Shown here: in pieces, positions 11,200 through 25,296 of the stretch
Position numbering within the stretch: the stretch's first letter is position 1
How the letters are laid out: every line of letters starts with the position of its first letter
DNA from: Eledone cirrhosa
Taxonomy: Eukaryota
Direction of reading: 5' to 3'
Length of the DNA stretch: 64,000 bases
NCBI GenBank assembly: GCA_964016885.1
Contig: OZ024753.1
Coordinates: 11,470,001 to 11,534,000, forward strand
Notes under the pieces: model-generated
The model's input: the letters and a program-made list of their open reading frames with translations, nothing else
What the model was told of the DNA's origin: nothing
Databases searched by the model: none
Made by a program: the position numbers and the translations under genes

Positions 11200-12030
11200 G
11201 TGCTCTCTCACGGTTTTCCTTCTCCAATGTATATGCACAGAGCAGGCCCATTTCTCGGACCATACTTGATATTCTCACCCCCTTTCAAAAAACTGTTTCG
11301 AAGGGCGCACTCCCCTCTCCATCCTGATTTTTCTTTTCTATATGAAAAAGTTAATCAGGGTTTTGTCGAAAATGAAAGTTCTTGTCTTCAACGTTTTCAA
11401 AGGTAACAATAGTGAAGTTTATTTACAATAGTTTATAACTTTACCTATTATGGTGAGCAAATGGGGTCCCACGTGTTGGCCTCCCCTCAGCCCCGGCGGA
11501 CAGGATGGAGAAGGCGTTTCCCCGGAGGATGGTAAGGGAGATACGCATGTCCCCCAGACGACGTCTTTCACCATAGCCACTAGATATAAATATCTGCCTA
11601 TCCTGCCCGGTTAAAAGAAGGCGACGGGGGATCTTCAGGATAGACTCAACTTATAACAGGATCCGTTCTACACATGATAGCATCAACTCATAAGTCCGCA
11701 ATATTTGGACACTAAATGAGAGGCCGCAGTCCGCGAATCTCGAAAAATAATGGCTAACGACGGCACTTCCATGACTGTAGAATTTAACACGAACGGGAAA
11801 TGCTCGCCGGTACCATGACCAGGCCAGATATTTCTGGAAGTTATCCATCGTCCCTGAACCAAAAATTCTCCGGAAAACAATGTCTAGTTTATTTTCGTCG
11901 ACGTTCGGAGAGTCAACAAGATCAGCAGCACGTGTACATGATATTAACCTTCTATAGCACGCCATGGTAGAGTTTCCACCGATCATTCTGACCATTTGGT
12001 AGTAGGGCTGTAAGAGCTTGGAGACATAGT
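11200..12030 (-). pseudogene. Degenerate 3' part of a Tx1/L1-like LINE ORF2 (zf-RVT region), interrupted at ~11405-11650
   Basis: FGSGTMDNFQKYLAWSWYRRAFPVRVKFYSHG resembles the LAW..R.ALPVR.KL..HG motif before the L1/Tx1 zinc knuckle; downstream LINFF.*KRKIRMER continuation. Confidence 0.55.
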
Positions 12031-12212
12031 CTTGTAAATAATATATAGAGGAAGACTTAGCATGATATTTTTTTAATATTATATTAAACTGCCCTCATAT
12101 CTTTTATATCCTCTTTCGTCCCTTCCGTACGTCAATATTATCTCCCTTTATAACGCTCAATGTTTTTTTTGTATGTACAATTGGAACTGTCTTGAATAAC
12201 CAAATAAAACAA

Positions 12213-12214
<2 letters not shown>

Positions 12215-12243
<29 letters not shown>

Positions 12244-12354
12244 GCTGTTGTGGTTATCGTATGAATTGAACTGATAGTGAAGGTTGATAAAGATATCAAA
12301 TGATAGGAAGCAATGGTTCCTGGAAGGAAGAAAATAAGAATGGATATTATTATT

Positions 12355-12392
<38 letters not shown>

Positions 12393-12420
12393 AATGATGT
12401 AAACGATGATGATGATAATG
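12215..12420. repeat. (TTA)n and (GAT)n trinucleotide microsatellites
   Basis: Direct observation. Confidence 0.9.
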
Positions 12421-12869
12421 AAGATAGTGAAAACAAAGACAGAAAGAAATCCTGATGTTGATTCTATAGTAGCTAATGGCGACGATTACCACAATGACTA
12501 CAATAAAGACAAAGACGAGGTGACGAAGAGGATGGGGGTAAGGAGGAGTATAACAATGATGGTAGTTGCGATAAGAGGCAGAGCCAAAGGCATTAGCCAT
12601 TAACTGTTAGATCAAGTGCATGATAATCATTAGAAAATGTCATATATGCGAAGTGAGATTTCCTGAAATAATTCCTCATAAGATATTTCAATTGTAATTT
12701 ATTGCAAGTCGAATAGTTGACACTTCATATAATATGCTATTTTTATAGTATGCAAGCATATGTATTTATATGTATGTATATATATGCCTGTATGTATACA
12801 CACACACACCCACACATGTGCGTGTGTGCATGTGTGTTTGTTTGTGTGTGTGTTTGTTTGTGTGTGTCT

Positions 12870-13003
12870 CCCGGCTTCAATCGGGGTAACAACAGTAAGT
12901 AAGGTACTCAATACATAGCAGAGTATAAATATTTAATATAGAAATGGCTTCTACAGGACTAGAACTTTTTCATTCGGAGTTCTAGCCCTGTAAAAGCCAT
13001 CTC
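12870..13003 (-). mobile_element. Penelope-like family A fragment with a short fold-back
   Basis: Reverse complement of the 59825-59927 tail; GAAATGGCTTCTACAGGACTAGAACT / AGTTCTAGCCCTGTAAAAGCCATCTC inverted pair. Confidence 0.7.
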
Positions 13004-13009
13004 TCTCTC

Positions 13010-13067
<58 letters not shown>

Positions 13068-13169
13068 TGTGTGTATGTATGTATTTATATATATATATAC
13101 GTTTGTGAATATGTATAAATGTGTGTATGTACATATGTATGTAGGGAGTTAGGTATATAGATACGTATG

Positions 13170-13237
<68 letters not shown>

Positions 13238-13589
13238 AGTATGCATGTATATATGTAGTTATGTATGTCGATACGTATGTGCGTGTATGTTTTTGCTTCC
13301 GTTTACATCATTACCAAATAGGTTTTTTTTTGTATTAATGCAGGAAATATACATATGGACATGGCCTATGTTGGGTGCTTACGATAAGATTGATTTGTGT
13401 GTGTTGTTTGTGGATGTGTATGTGGGTTCATGTGCGTGTATGTATGTGTGCATGTGTGTGTGTTTACTGTTTAATTATAAACAGAAAACCAGGAACAACC
13501 ATGTCCTTATGCAATGGCTACGACGTAGTCGAACCGCACCCATTACAATGAAACCTTTAAAAAAAGACAATAGTAATGATTTTAACGTA

Positions 13590-14238
13590 TACTAGAACAA
13601 TGGCCCGGCGTTGCTCGGGATTTGCTCTAAGGTTCTTATATATTTGATATATATTTATCCTTATCAAGCCTCGTGAAATAAATACGTTTGTTTATATTTT
13701 GTTATTGTGTATGCAAACATATCTGTACACGAATATATAATTATATATATATATATTAAAATAACAGATTAAGTTTAAGCAAAGATTCGCTGCTTTCACC
13801 CTTAACGGGATCTTCTGAAACAAAAAAAAAAAAAACAATCTGTGAACGCAGAAGTAAATATTTCGAAAAACGTTAAACACTATACATTTATATATATACA
13901 CACACTATATATATACATATATTTACACACGCACACACACTCAGATAGTGTCATAATGTCGTAATACAGAAAGACAGACATACAGACAGATATTATAAGG
14001 GCACAACGATATATGTATGTATCTATCTAAAAAGAAAGACTAAGAATTATAGAGAGAGATCGCTAAATCGCCTAATGCGGTCCTTAGGGCATTGAAAATG
14101 TGAAATCTCTTTTGCTCAAAACAATCACAGGACCATTCGTATTACATCTGTAAAGTTTGAAAACAATCCGTTCGGTGGTTCTCGAGTTTTAGGGAGTCAG
14201 ACAGACAGACAGACATTCTCTGTTTTAGATATATAGAT
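13590..14238 (+). mobile_element. Helentron-associated / DINE-1- or Lep1-like non-autonomous rolling-circle element
   Basis: 5' TACTAG..CCCGGCGTTGCTCGGG palindrome; 3' AAAGTTTGAAAACAATCCGTTCGGTGGTTCTCGAGTT..(GACA)n..TATATAGAT. Confidence 0.65.
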
Positions 14239-14333
14239 TATGTTAGCGACTTAACGTATATTATGTTGGCGACCTGCTATCGAAATATTTCTATAATAAA
14301 AATAACAAGACTACTACTAGAACACAAGTATTA

Positions 14334-14493
14334 ATTGGCAGTATCGGTAGAGGGTCGGACGCCATGCTTTGACGCATAGAGTTCAAATCCCGCCGAAGTT
14401 AACTTTGCCTTTCATCCTTATGGTGTCGATAAAATAAAGTACCAGTAATACTCTGGGTAAGTGCTGGCCTTGTGCCAAAAGTAGAAACAATTA
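14334..14493 (+). mobile_element. SINE family 1, internally deleted
   Basis: Matches the family consensus with a deletion before GAGTTCAAATCCC. Confidence 0.9.
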
Positions 14494-15695
14494 ATTATTC
14501 ATCCGCGTTTTGCTTCTGTATTGTCATAAGTGTGCGCTCAAGCGGAAATGATATACATTCAAAATAAATAAATAAATAGAAAAATAAATAAATAAATAAT
14601 AAAACAAAACACATCCCTAAACCCTGAGGCAATTTTAGAGGTTGACAAGTTTGTAAAAGAGAAGAAATAGATAATCATAACAACAAAAAAAATAAAAATA
14701 GCTATACAATTATTGAACAATTTTCGGAATAATATAAAGCAAAGTAATTAAGATTTATACCACTTGTATGATATATAGAACCATTATGGTTGGCAGCACT
14801 TATAACAAACATTGTTTCTCTGTATAATAATTGACATGAGTCATGTAAGGTAAACGAATATTGTATTCAATCAGCTGTGGCCGTAAGATCGGCTCGGTTA
14901 CTAGATAATAAATGCACATCGCAGCATCCAGAATCCGGGTTCGACTAAGTGTACAGTGTTTTAGTTTTAGTGACGTTGACATAGATTTGTGTTAAAAAAA
15001 ACAACTTGTGACTGTGAATGAAACTTGTCAGACGAATACGATTTAAAAACCTTCTATGCACACACACATATATATGTATACATACACACACATACATACA
15101 CATATATATAAATGAAAGCAAATTTATATTTCTGTCTGAAGCATCCGGTTGCGTATATGTATTGAGAGAAGAACGGAAGAACGGAAGAACACTTCCGCTT
15201 TTCTGTCTCTTAACCATCGAATATGATATTTTAGATAAGAGATCTAAGATAAATGGAGATAAGATAAGAAATGTTGAAGTGTAATTATGTTACTATGTAT
15301 ATGTGTGCACATAATGAGTGCATGTCTACGGTAGGAGATTTAGCGATATTGCTGTGGTAGTGCAATACAGCAGGGAGGGAAGTGTGAAGCCGGAAAATGC
15401 GTTGCTGTTCACAGCGTAGTTTGGATTGGATGGACCCGTATCTCAGACAGGTTCTTAATTGTTGGAATTTCTGAGGAAGCGAAAGTGACGGGAAGCTCTG
15501 GAATCCTCTGCTATTTGAATGACACGGAGATGGGTACAGAACTGATTTACTAAGCGGCTATACAACCGTCTCGTCTGCGTGAAATGTGCGACACACTGAA
15601 CATCTTAGACCATAGATATAGTTAAAGGAGATCCAAAATGGAGAATGTGTGGCTGTTATGAATGTTTTGTATGTGTGTATGTGTGTTTCCGTGTG

Positions 15696-15756
<61 letters not shown>

Positions 15757-15758
<2 letters not shown>

Positions 15759-15907
15759 CGAAGTAAATGTGGTAAGGAACCAGGTGGACCATAACGCACC
15801 AAAGTACTCAATACTTAGAGTAGTAGAGTGGGATTTTCTGGACTAAATTTAGTCCAGAATTAGCCGTCGAAACGGCTTGAGCTCAGCCGTCGGGGTCCTA
15901 CTCGTTC

Positions 15908-15909
<2 letters not shown>
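15757..15909. mobile_element. Penelope-like family B, inverted plus direct pieces
   Basis: Minus-strand tail, then TTCTGGACTA-AATT-TAGTCCAGAA hairpin and a plus-strand half-hammerhead. Confidence 0.75.
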
Positions 15910-15943
<34 letters not shown>

Positions 15944-16010
15944 GTAGAACACTGAGGGTTGTATCCGTAGTAGTAGAGCAATCACTCCATTGGACGAGTT
16001 TGGTAGTACT

Positions 16011-16041
<31 letters not shown>

Positions 16042-16156
16042 GCGTGTGGCTGAGTGGTTAGAGAATTGGATTCACAATCTTCAGGCTGTGAGTTCGATTC
16101 CTGGACCGGGTGATGCGTTATGTTCTTGAGCAAGACACTTTATTTCACGTTGCTCC
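16042..16156 (+). mobile_element. SINE family 2, 5' half
   Basis: TGGCTGAGTGG A-box, GAGTTCGATTCC B-box, TTCTTGAGCAAGACACTT. Confidence 0.8.
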
Positions 16157-16289
16157 TTCTACCTGGAATTCCAACCGATAGATAGTATTAGCAACTGGAA
16201 AGACCAATGGAAACATTGTCTCCTCGGTCCGATTTGGCGAAAGTCGATCGATCCTTTATATATATATAGGTTCTGACTTTTAAGTAAAT

Positions 16290-16757
16290 CTCACAAAACT
16301 GAGTACCTTCAGCTAAAGAGATATGGAGGAAGAATCGACACCAATAAATGACAGGTAGGATTTTCTCGATCTCGAACGTATGAAAGGCAGATTCGATCAC
16401 ATCTCGGCGAGATTTGAACTCAGCGAGATCAGAGAGCCGGAACGAATGCAGCAAATAAATCTATCCGACGTTGTAAGAACTATATGATTTTACTATCAAG
16501 TAAAACATACAAAACACAGTGCCTTCAGCTAAAGAGATATAGGGTAAGAATCGATACTAGTAGTTTTTTTATCCACCTCGAAAGTATGAAAGTCAAAGTT
16601 GATGTCGGTGGGATTTGATCTCAGAGATGAGAGAGCCGGAACGAATACCTCAAAGCATTTTCTCCGACTGTCTAAGGACTCTGTGAATTCACCACCAATA
16701 GTAGATTGGAACTTCTAAGTAAACCATACAAAACAAAACACAGTGGCTTCAGCTAAA
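16290..16757 (-). mobile_element. Two old SINE family 1-related copies in a diverged ~220-bp tandem duplication
   Basis: CTTCAGCTAAA recurs three times; TGAAAGGCA..CGGCGAGATTTGAACTCAG..GAGAGCCGGAACGAAT occurs twice. Confidence 0.6.
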
Positions 16758-17029
16758 TACACTTAAATAACAAAAAAAAGATAGACGCATGAAACCTGGA
16801 AAATATCTGAGAATGTAATACTCATACGGACATCCATTCCTTTAATGTTCAGATAATAAATACAACTTAAACATTCCAATTGCATATATTCCACTCAATC
16901 TAATCATTTCGTAAAAAGAACGAATCTCTCTCTCTCTCTCTCTCTCTCTCATTCTCTGTATATATATATATATAGGTATATATATTAATAAAAAGCATGT
17001 AACGCAGACACATACACAGTGACATCCAC

Positions 17030-17365
17030 AACAAACACACAGACATACATATAAATGTACATCTATGCACGCACACAGAGACACAATCACTCACATTCAC
17101 ACACAATCACACACACACACACAGAGACATCCACGCAGACATAGACATACATATCCACATACAAACACCTCTATGCACTCGCACATACACACATATACAT
17201 ACACACACGCATATACACATACACACGTTTCACACGCGCAAATACGCACACAGGATTCCACAACCATTTATACACATACAGACAACATATCCACATACAG
17301 AGACACTCATGCATCCACACACACACACATACATCCACACACACACACACATATATCCACAAACA

Positions 17366-17444
<79 letters not shown>

Positions 17445-17806
17445 GTGCACATGCACTTACATCTATACGACACAGACATTCAAATATAGACAGCGACATA
17501 CACACAGATTTACACACACATACATTCACACACATACACACACACACACACTTACACACACATTCATCCACACACACACATACATACACACTTACACACA
17601 CATATCTACACACACACACACATCCACAAACACACTTACGCACACAGACATATATCCACACACACACACACATCTGCACTCACGCACACTCTCACACACA
17701 TCCACACACACGCACACACATCTCCACACACACACACACACACATACACATATCCACAAACACACTTACACACAGACATATATCCACACACACACACACA
17801 TCCGCA

Positions 17807-17845
<39 letters not shown>

Positions 17846-17930
17846 CCGCAAACACATACACACATCCGCACTCACACACACACACTCACACACACATCCA
17901 CACACACACACATGCATGTACACAAGCACA
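17030..17930. repeat. Compound (CA)n-rich tract
   Basis: Direct observation; explains the His/Thr and Cys/Val ORFs. Confidence 0.95.
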
Positions 17931-18164
17931 TGCATCTATTTGGCCTTTTGTTAAGTAATATTGGAATTCAATTCCATACATAAATATTTTCTATTATATA
18001 GTTTTCCTGAATAAATGGCGAATGTCACAGAGAACAAAAAAAAACAACAACACAACACAACATAAAAACAACAACAAAAATAAAACTTAAATAGATTGAA
18101 ATATAATTATGAATGTATTCAATAGCATAACAATTTATTTGAATTTCTCTCAATTCATATCGGG

Positions 18165-18170
18165 TGTGTG

Positions 18171-18224
<54 letters not shown>

Positions 18225-18421
18225 TATTTATTTATATATATATGTATATATATGTATATATATAATACTTATGATGGCTAGTAGATCACTGATGATGGAT
18301 AGTCTTGGCTTCTCTTTCTAATTTTTATTCATATATATATATATACATGTATGTATTTGTATATATATACATGTATGTATATGTATATATATATACATAT
18401 ATGTACATGTATATATATATT

Positions 18422-18486
<65 letters not shown>

Positions 18487-18489
18487 ATA

Positions 18490-18568
<79 letters not shown>

Positions 18569-18569
18569 A

Positions 18570-18615
<46 letters not shown>

Positions 18616-18738
18616 TTATATATATATATATATTATATATATATATTATAGCTATATATATATCTATATATATATATATATATATTATATCTATATATCT
18701 ATCTATCTATATATACATATATATATACATATATATAC
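18165..18738. repeat. Degenerate (TA)n tract
   Basis: Direct observation. Confidence 0.95.
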
Positions 18739-19295
18739 ACCAAATCGAAGTGTGGGAGAGGCGGAGAGAAAAATTTTAGTGCGCCTGGGGCTGTGTGAGT
18801 TATTTTTAAACTTGATGCATTTAATGGAATGGCAGGATATCAATGTTTTTGGTTTATATCGTGGAAGGCAGTAGTAGTATGGTTTCATCAATAGTACAAT
18901 AGTAGTGGAGTGAACAACAATACAGCAATGCTTTGCTGTCGATAATTTGGGAATTGTCTGCAGCATATATGAAAATAATGGAATATAATGTGTTATGAAA
19001 TACAAAGTTATCAATAATTTCTAACATAATGTTTTTCAACATATTATCATAATGATAATGGTTTTTGAATTTTGCACAAGGCCAGCACATTTTTGTGGGT
19101 GGGTGGGGGTGGGGCTGGTGTGTGTGTGTGTGTGTGTGAGAAGAACGTCAATTAAATAGACCCCAGTGCATTACTGGTACTTTATTTTATCGACCGACCC
19201 CCGGCCATTTCAGCCTTCTCGCCTGCACACTACAACTTATCCCTCTTAAACAGTTTCTCTCTCACCACATTTATATATATATATATATATATACC

Positions 19296-19369
<74 letters not shown>

Positions 19370-19370
19370 A

Positions 19371-19662
19371 AAAGGGATATTTAATATGTTGGTAATTCAA
19401 CAAATATATTTATAACAGATTCGAAGCACTCGACAGTTTTTCTGGAGTATAATATCAATGATATTAATAAATGGAAACTATATTTATAAAACCATATTTA
19501 TTCTATTATATATATGTCAAGGGTACCAAAACTTTGGTAGGCCCTCATCAGATAAAATACAAAGTTTGTTTTACAAATAGTGACATATCCAGAAATGAGA
19601 CCTTAACGTTTCAAGTTTCACCTGGATATTTGTTGAATTACCAACAAATTAAATATCCCTTT
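19371..19662 (-). mobile_element. Family C Penelope-like fragment with a probably dead hammerhead (19499-19559), enclosed by 37-bp inverted repeats
   Basis: Minus strand TATTTTAT-CTGATGA-GGG..TACCAAA-GT-TTTGGTA-CCCTT-GACA(GAAA>GACA)-TATATATA-ATAGAATA; IRs at 19371-19408 and 19626-19662. Confidence 0.65.
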
Positions 19663-19759
19663 GCTAATATATCACCTGGATATTTTTTGAATTGATCTAG
19701 CTAAAGCTACGCAAATTATTAAAATCAAAATCCTTTACTAAGATCTTTCTCTTTCTGTA

Positions 19760-20030
19760 TATCTCACCATTCTCCCTCTGTCCCTCTCACTGTATATAAC
19801 GTCCTCTCTCCCTCTCACTGTATATCTCTCCCCCTTTCTCTCTCACAGACACTCTCTCTCACTGTATATATCTCCCTCTCTACATCTCACTGTATATCTC
19901 TCCCGCTCTCTCTGTCTCACAGACACTCTCTCTCACTGTATATCTCTCCCTCTCTCTCAGTATATATCTCTCCCTCTCCCCTCTCTCTCACTGTGCATCT
20001 CTCCCTCTCCCCCAATCACTCTGCCTCTCT
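19760..20030. repeat. CT-rich degenerate minisatellite (CTCTCACTGTATATCTCTCC)
   Basis: Motif recurs about 7 times. Confidence 0.8.
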
Positions 20031-20373
20031 CAGTTTGCCCATTTTTTGCAGATGACCAACTTACCAAGACAAATATAAAATAGACAGGAAAACCTTAAAC
20101 TAGAAAGAATGCTCTTTGCATAGAAATTCCAGGAAATTCAAGGCAGACAATAATGGACTGAACTGACAGCTAATGAATTCAAACTAATTAACAGAAGGGT
20201 CATTAAGCAACAACAAGGAAATCAATAAAATTGTTTGTTGGCAAACGCCAATGAAAACATTGCTTTCTTGGTCGGATTTGACAATTTCCAACCAACTCGG
20301 GAAGCAAATTGGGTCTGGGATTTTCTCAATCGAATTCTATGTCTGCCCGACTGTCTCTCTATATATCTAGTAA

Positions 20374-20587
20374 TATAGGACCCCGACGGCTGAGCTCTGG
20401 CCGTTTTGACAACTAGATCCGAACTGTTCCGACAGCTACATCCCACAGTTCGGATCTGGCTGTCGAAACGGCCGCAGCTCAGCCGTCGGGGTCCTGACTC
20501 TTTTCCTATTACCCACTCTACTAACCTAACTATCGAGTACTCTGTTGCATTATAGTCCACCTGGTTTCTTACCACACTTTCTTTGTT
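20374..20587 (+). mobile_element. Penelope-like family B variant with fold-back and complete stem II
   Basis: GACAGCTAcATCC..GGATcTGGCTGTC-GAAA-CGGC..GCCG-TC-GGGGTCC preceded by an inverted copy. Confidence 0.7.
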
Positions 20588-20826
20588 ATCTAGTAATATA
20601 GCAAGCTGCAATATTATCAATAGCTTCTACGGGTGTCAGAAATGTGAGTTGCGTGCTGCAATGAAATATGTTGAGGTCTTCTAGAGAATGTTCGGAATTT
20701 TTCAGAGCAAAATAGGCGAGTCCGCATAAGGCAGAAGATAAACTGGGGAAAATTTTCTCTATGTGGACCAGAAAATGTGAATATGATAGATATACATTCC
20801 TTTGATGTTTTTAATTGTAAGCCCCA

Positions 20827-20859
<33 letters not shown>

Positions 20860-20863
<4 letters not shown>

Positions 20864-21069
20864 AACGAGTCGGACCCCGATGGCTGAGCTCAAGCCGTTT
20901 CGACGGCTAATTCTGGACTAACAATTTTTAGTCCAGAATTAGCCGTCGAAACGGCTTGAGCTCAGCCGTCGGGGTCCTACTCGTTCCTATTACCCACTCT
21001 ACTACCCTAAGTATTGAGTACTTTGGTGCGTGATGGTCCACCTGGTTCCTTACCACATTTCCTTCGTTA
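20860..21069 (+). mobile_element. Penelope-like family B with ~60-bp fold-back
   Basis: 20860-20920 is inverted relative to 20928-20990. Confidence 0.8.
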
Positions 21070-21160
21070 CATATATATATATATATATATACAGTATATA
21101 CAAATGTCCATACAGATATATACATTTATAATCATACATACACACACACACATTATATAT

Positions 21161-21266
21161 AATCCCGCTGAGGTTGACTTTGCCTTTCATCCTTACGGGG
21201 TCGATAAAATAAAGTACCAGTAATGCACTGGTAATTGCTGGCCTTGTGCCTAAAGTAGAAACAATT
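21161..21266 (+). mobile_element. SINE family 1, 3' half
   Basis: Consensus match. Confidence 0.85.
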
Positions 21267-21305
21267 ATATATATATATATAAATATATATACATACTTAC
21301 ACAAT

Positions 21306-21408
<103 letters not shown>

Positions 21409-21623
21409 ATGTATGTTATTGCTAGAGGAAGCTGCTACAATCGTGACCGTGTTTACCATTTGTCTTCTACAAAACCACATTGCCACGCTTGAAAGAGAAC
21501 GCATCCTTTATACGTTTTCATTTGAAAAGAAGGTTTTTACTTTGAAATATTATCATGAAATATACTGTGTAAAAAATAATATTTTTGTTCCATTTTATTT
21601 GTCATCCTTTATACCAATAAGAA

Positions 21624-21625
<2 letters not shown>

Positions 21626-21673
<48 letters not shown>

Positions 21674-22000
21674 TCCGAATTGTATCGGCTTTCTGGGGCT
21701 CTTATCACTTATTTCATACATGCACACATATATGTGTGTGTGAGTGTGTGTGTGTTGCACGAAATATTTTCACACACACACACGCATATATGTGTGTGTG
21801 AGTGTGTGTGTGTTGCACGAAATATTTTCACACACACGCATATGTGTGTGTGTATGCGCGTAATATTTTAACACACACACAACAAATATATGTGTGTGTG
21901 TGTGTGTGTGTGTGTATGCGCGTAATATTTTCACACACACACATATATATATGTATGTATATATATATGCGTGTGTGTCTGTGCGTAATATATATATATG

Positions 22001-22050
<50 letters not shown>

Positions 22051-22110
22051 TGTGTCTCTCTGTGTAATATATTCACGCATGCACGCACACAAACACATAT
22101 GTATGCATGT

Positions 22111-22190
<80 letters not shown>

Positions 22191-22617
22191 CTATCTCTCT
22201 CTCTCTCTTATATATATATATATATATATATATATACTACATATTTATTTATATATATACACATATATATATATATATACATATATACATACATATACAT
22301 ACTATATATAAATATATATATATATACAACACAATTATATATATATAAATATTCATATCTATGTATAGCTGAAGCATTTGCCCTCATACAATCATGGATT
22401 ATACAATCGAAAAGCCTGACACGAGGATAACTGCAACAATAACGTCAAACAAAGAATATGGAGCTTTTGATAGGTTGGGGAAAGATATAGGTTTGGATAT
22501 CCTACAGAGAAATACAATAGAGATCTTACTGGGAGATGTAAAATCTTGATCCAGTGTGAGAATACTGATACCTTATCAAATGATGTTATTGTGTTCTGAT
22601 ATGAAAGGAACGTAGTT

Positions 22618-22691
<74 letters not shown>

Positions 22692-22704
22692 AATGTATAT
22701 ACAT

Positions 22705-22739
<35 letters not shown>

Positions 22740-22746
22740 AATGTAT

Positions 22747-22777
<31 letters not shown>

Positions 22778-22790
22778 AATGTATATACAT

Positions 22791-22825
<35 letters not shown>

Positions 22826-23358
22826 CATAAATGTATATACATACACACATATATATATATATACATATATATATACATAAATGTATATACATACACACAT
22901 ATATATATATATATACATATATATACACATAAATGTATATACATACACACATATATATATATATATATACATATATATATACATAAATGTATATACATAT
23001 ACATACACACACACGTATATATATATATATATATATACATATATATACACATATATATATACATATATATACACATATATATATACACATATATATATAC
23101 ATATATATATTCATATATATATACATATATAAACCTAAATGTATATACATATGCAGATATATATATATATTTATACACATATACATAAATATATATATAC
23201 ATACATATGCATATATATATATTCATACATATATACATATATATACACATATACATTTATATGTATATGCATATATATATATATATATATACACACCCAA
23301 ATATATATACATACATATACATATACATACATATATACATATATATATATATGTATAT
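21626..23358. repeat. Compound TA/CA/CATA microsatellite region with a unique island at 22360-22615
   Basis: Direct observation. Confidence 0.9.
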
Positions 23359-24091
23359 TATAGGAAAACAGCAAGCATCACTGCCATAAGAATTATAAGA
23401 AATAATGTCCTCAGGAATTATTCCATTCTAGAGTCAGGAATAGAAACCGTGAGATGGAAAGAAGAAGAAAAAATCCTCAAGATACGAACATAAAAATAAA
23501 GATGAAGGTTGTAGTCAGATCAATAAATAAATAATACCCGAGAATAATATTTTTATTTATTCTAACAAACCAACAACCACTCTTCTAAAAAGAGGAAAAT
23601 AAAAGATATAATGAAAAAAAAGATATAAGAAAATAAATATAAGAAAAAAAATATGATGATCATTTTTCTTTTTCCTTTACTTTATTTTTCGCCATTTGAA
23701 AGACGTTTCTATTCTCAAAATTGATTTCCTTTCACGAATCACAAGGCTCGCAAAATTGTACGAGAAAGTGATTCCTTTCTGAAAGGGTATTAATGACGTA
23801 TGTAAATCGCATCGTTGATTTGAATCACGGGGAGCTCGTCCACTGCTTCATAGCTTCATAGCGCTCTGTTTCGATTATAATAAACTGCAAAACCTTACAT
23901 TAGCACGACAGTTCTTTCTGAAATATACAACCTCACCAAATCTGATTTTATAGTTCATAGCAATAGAGATACTTTTAGCAAACCAACAATTCAAGGTTTG
24001 ACGTGGTCGTTTACTTGTTTTAGAAATAATAGCCCTATTTCCCTGAAATAATATACCCACCGTTTTAAAATTCATGGTATATTAGATATAT

Positions 24092-24347
24092 AGGAGGCTC
24101 ACTAGACCGGTGCTTATCTGGGTTTCCGTGGCCTGAAGCGACTGGCAGTACAAGACCTTCCTCTGGACAGGACGCTGGTCCATCGCCAGTTTAAGCCCCT
24201 AGTTACTGATGATTCGCATTTTCAGCTGAGTATACTGGAGCAATGTGAAATGAAATGTTTTGCTCAAGAACACAGCACACAACGTAATATATCACTCGAA
24301 CCCACGAGATTATGATTGTAAGCCGAACACACTTACCGTTCGGCTAC
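24092..24347 (-). mobile_element. SINE family 2
   Basis: Reverse complement of 7891-8160. Confidence 0.85.
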
Positions 24348-24411
24348 TAAAATATAAGACGGGTTTGACATTAAGGGATCACCTTTGATTGTCATTATCT
24401 ATAGCTCAATA

Positions 24412-24603
24412 GGGCGGTGCATTGGCAGTATCGGTAGAGGGTCGGACGCCATGCTTTGACGCATAGAGTTACGGCCCTTGCCATTCTGAGTTTAAATCCC
24501 GCCGAAGTTAACTTTGTCTTTCATCCTTATGGGGGTCGATACAATAAAGTACCAGTAATACACTGGATAATTGCTGGCCTTGTGCCAAACGTAGAAACAA
24601 TTA
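24412..24603 (+). mobile_element. SINE family 1
   Basis: Full-length consensus match. Confidence 0.9.
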
Positions 24604-25296
24604 TCTATAGCTCAATTATTGATCTATTGTTTCTCCATAGATCTGCTCAATCAAGACTCGACAACAACAAAAGCTGCAACATCAACAACAATTTCCCCCC
24701 TAGAAGTTCAAAGCCATGAATTAGTTGGGAAAGGTTTAGTAGTTTGAAACAAACGCTCTCTAGTTATGTATTCATTTTATCAGGACATAGAGATGAAAGA
24801 CAAATTAAGTCTTGACAGATATTGTATTTTAAAAATAAACGTATCTATATTTGAAAGATTTTACTAATCTGAAGTAACCTTTCAGACAGTAGTGACTGAT
24901 TTTAATTGTTAACATTAGATTATAACAGTTGCCTAACGGCACGAAAGTTGTTACAAGAGTTATTAATGTCACAGAAGATATATATTTCTCCACGATATAC
25001 ATTTTCTGAATTTAAGTAATGTAATAGCAGAAATCATTTTTACTCTTTTAGTCTGAAATCTGTTCTGATTAAGCTGGTCTATGATACTTGTTCTCTTCGT
25101 GACTATGTCGTTTTATTCCATTTTTTTTTAGGAGAAGCTGGGATACATTTTCTATGTGGTCGTTCTAGTATATGACAGGACAGTAAGATGTAATTACATG
25201 GTGTGTTTTTGTTTGTTGTTGTTTTTTGTTATTTCCAGTAGGCCGAATGTTCTAAATTAGCTTCAATAATGGGTTATTCACAGTGAAATCATTCTA

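Noticed and set aside
12157-12600. Poly-His/Asn ORF
   Set aside because: Product of (GAT)n and (TTA)n microsatellites
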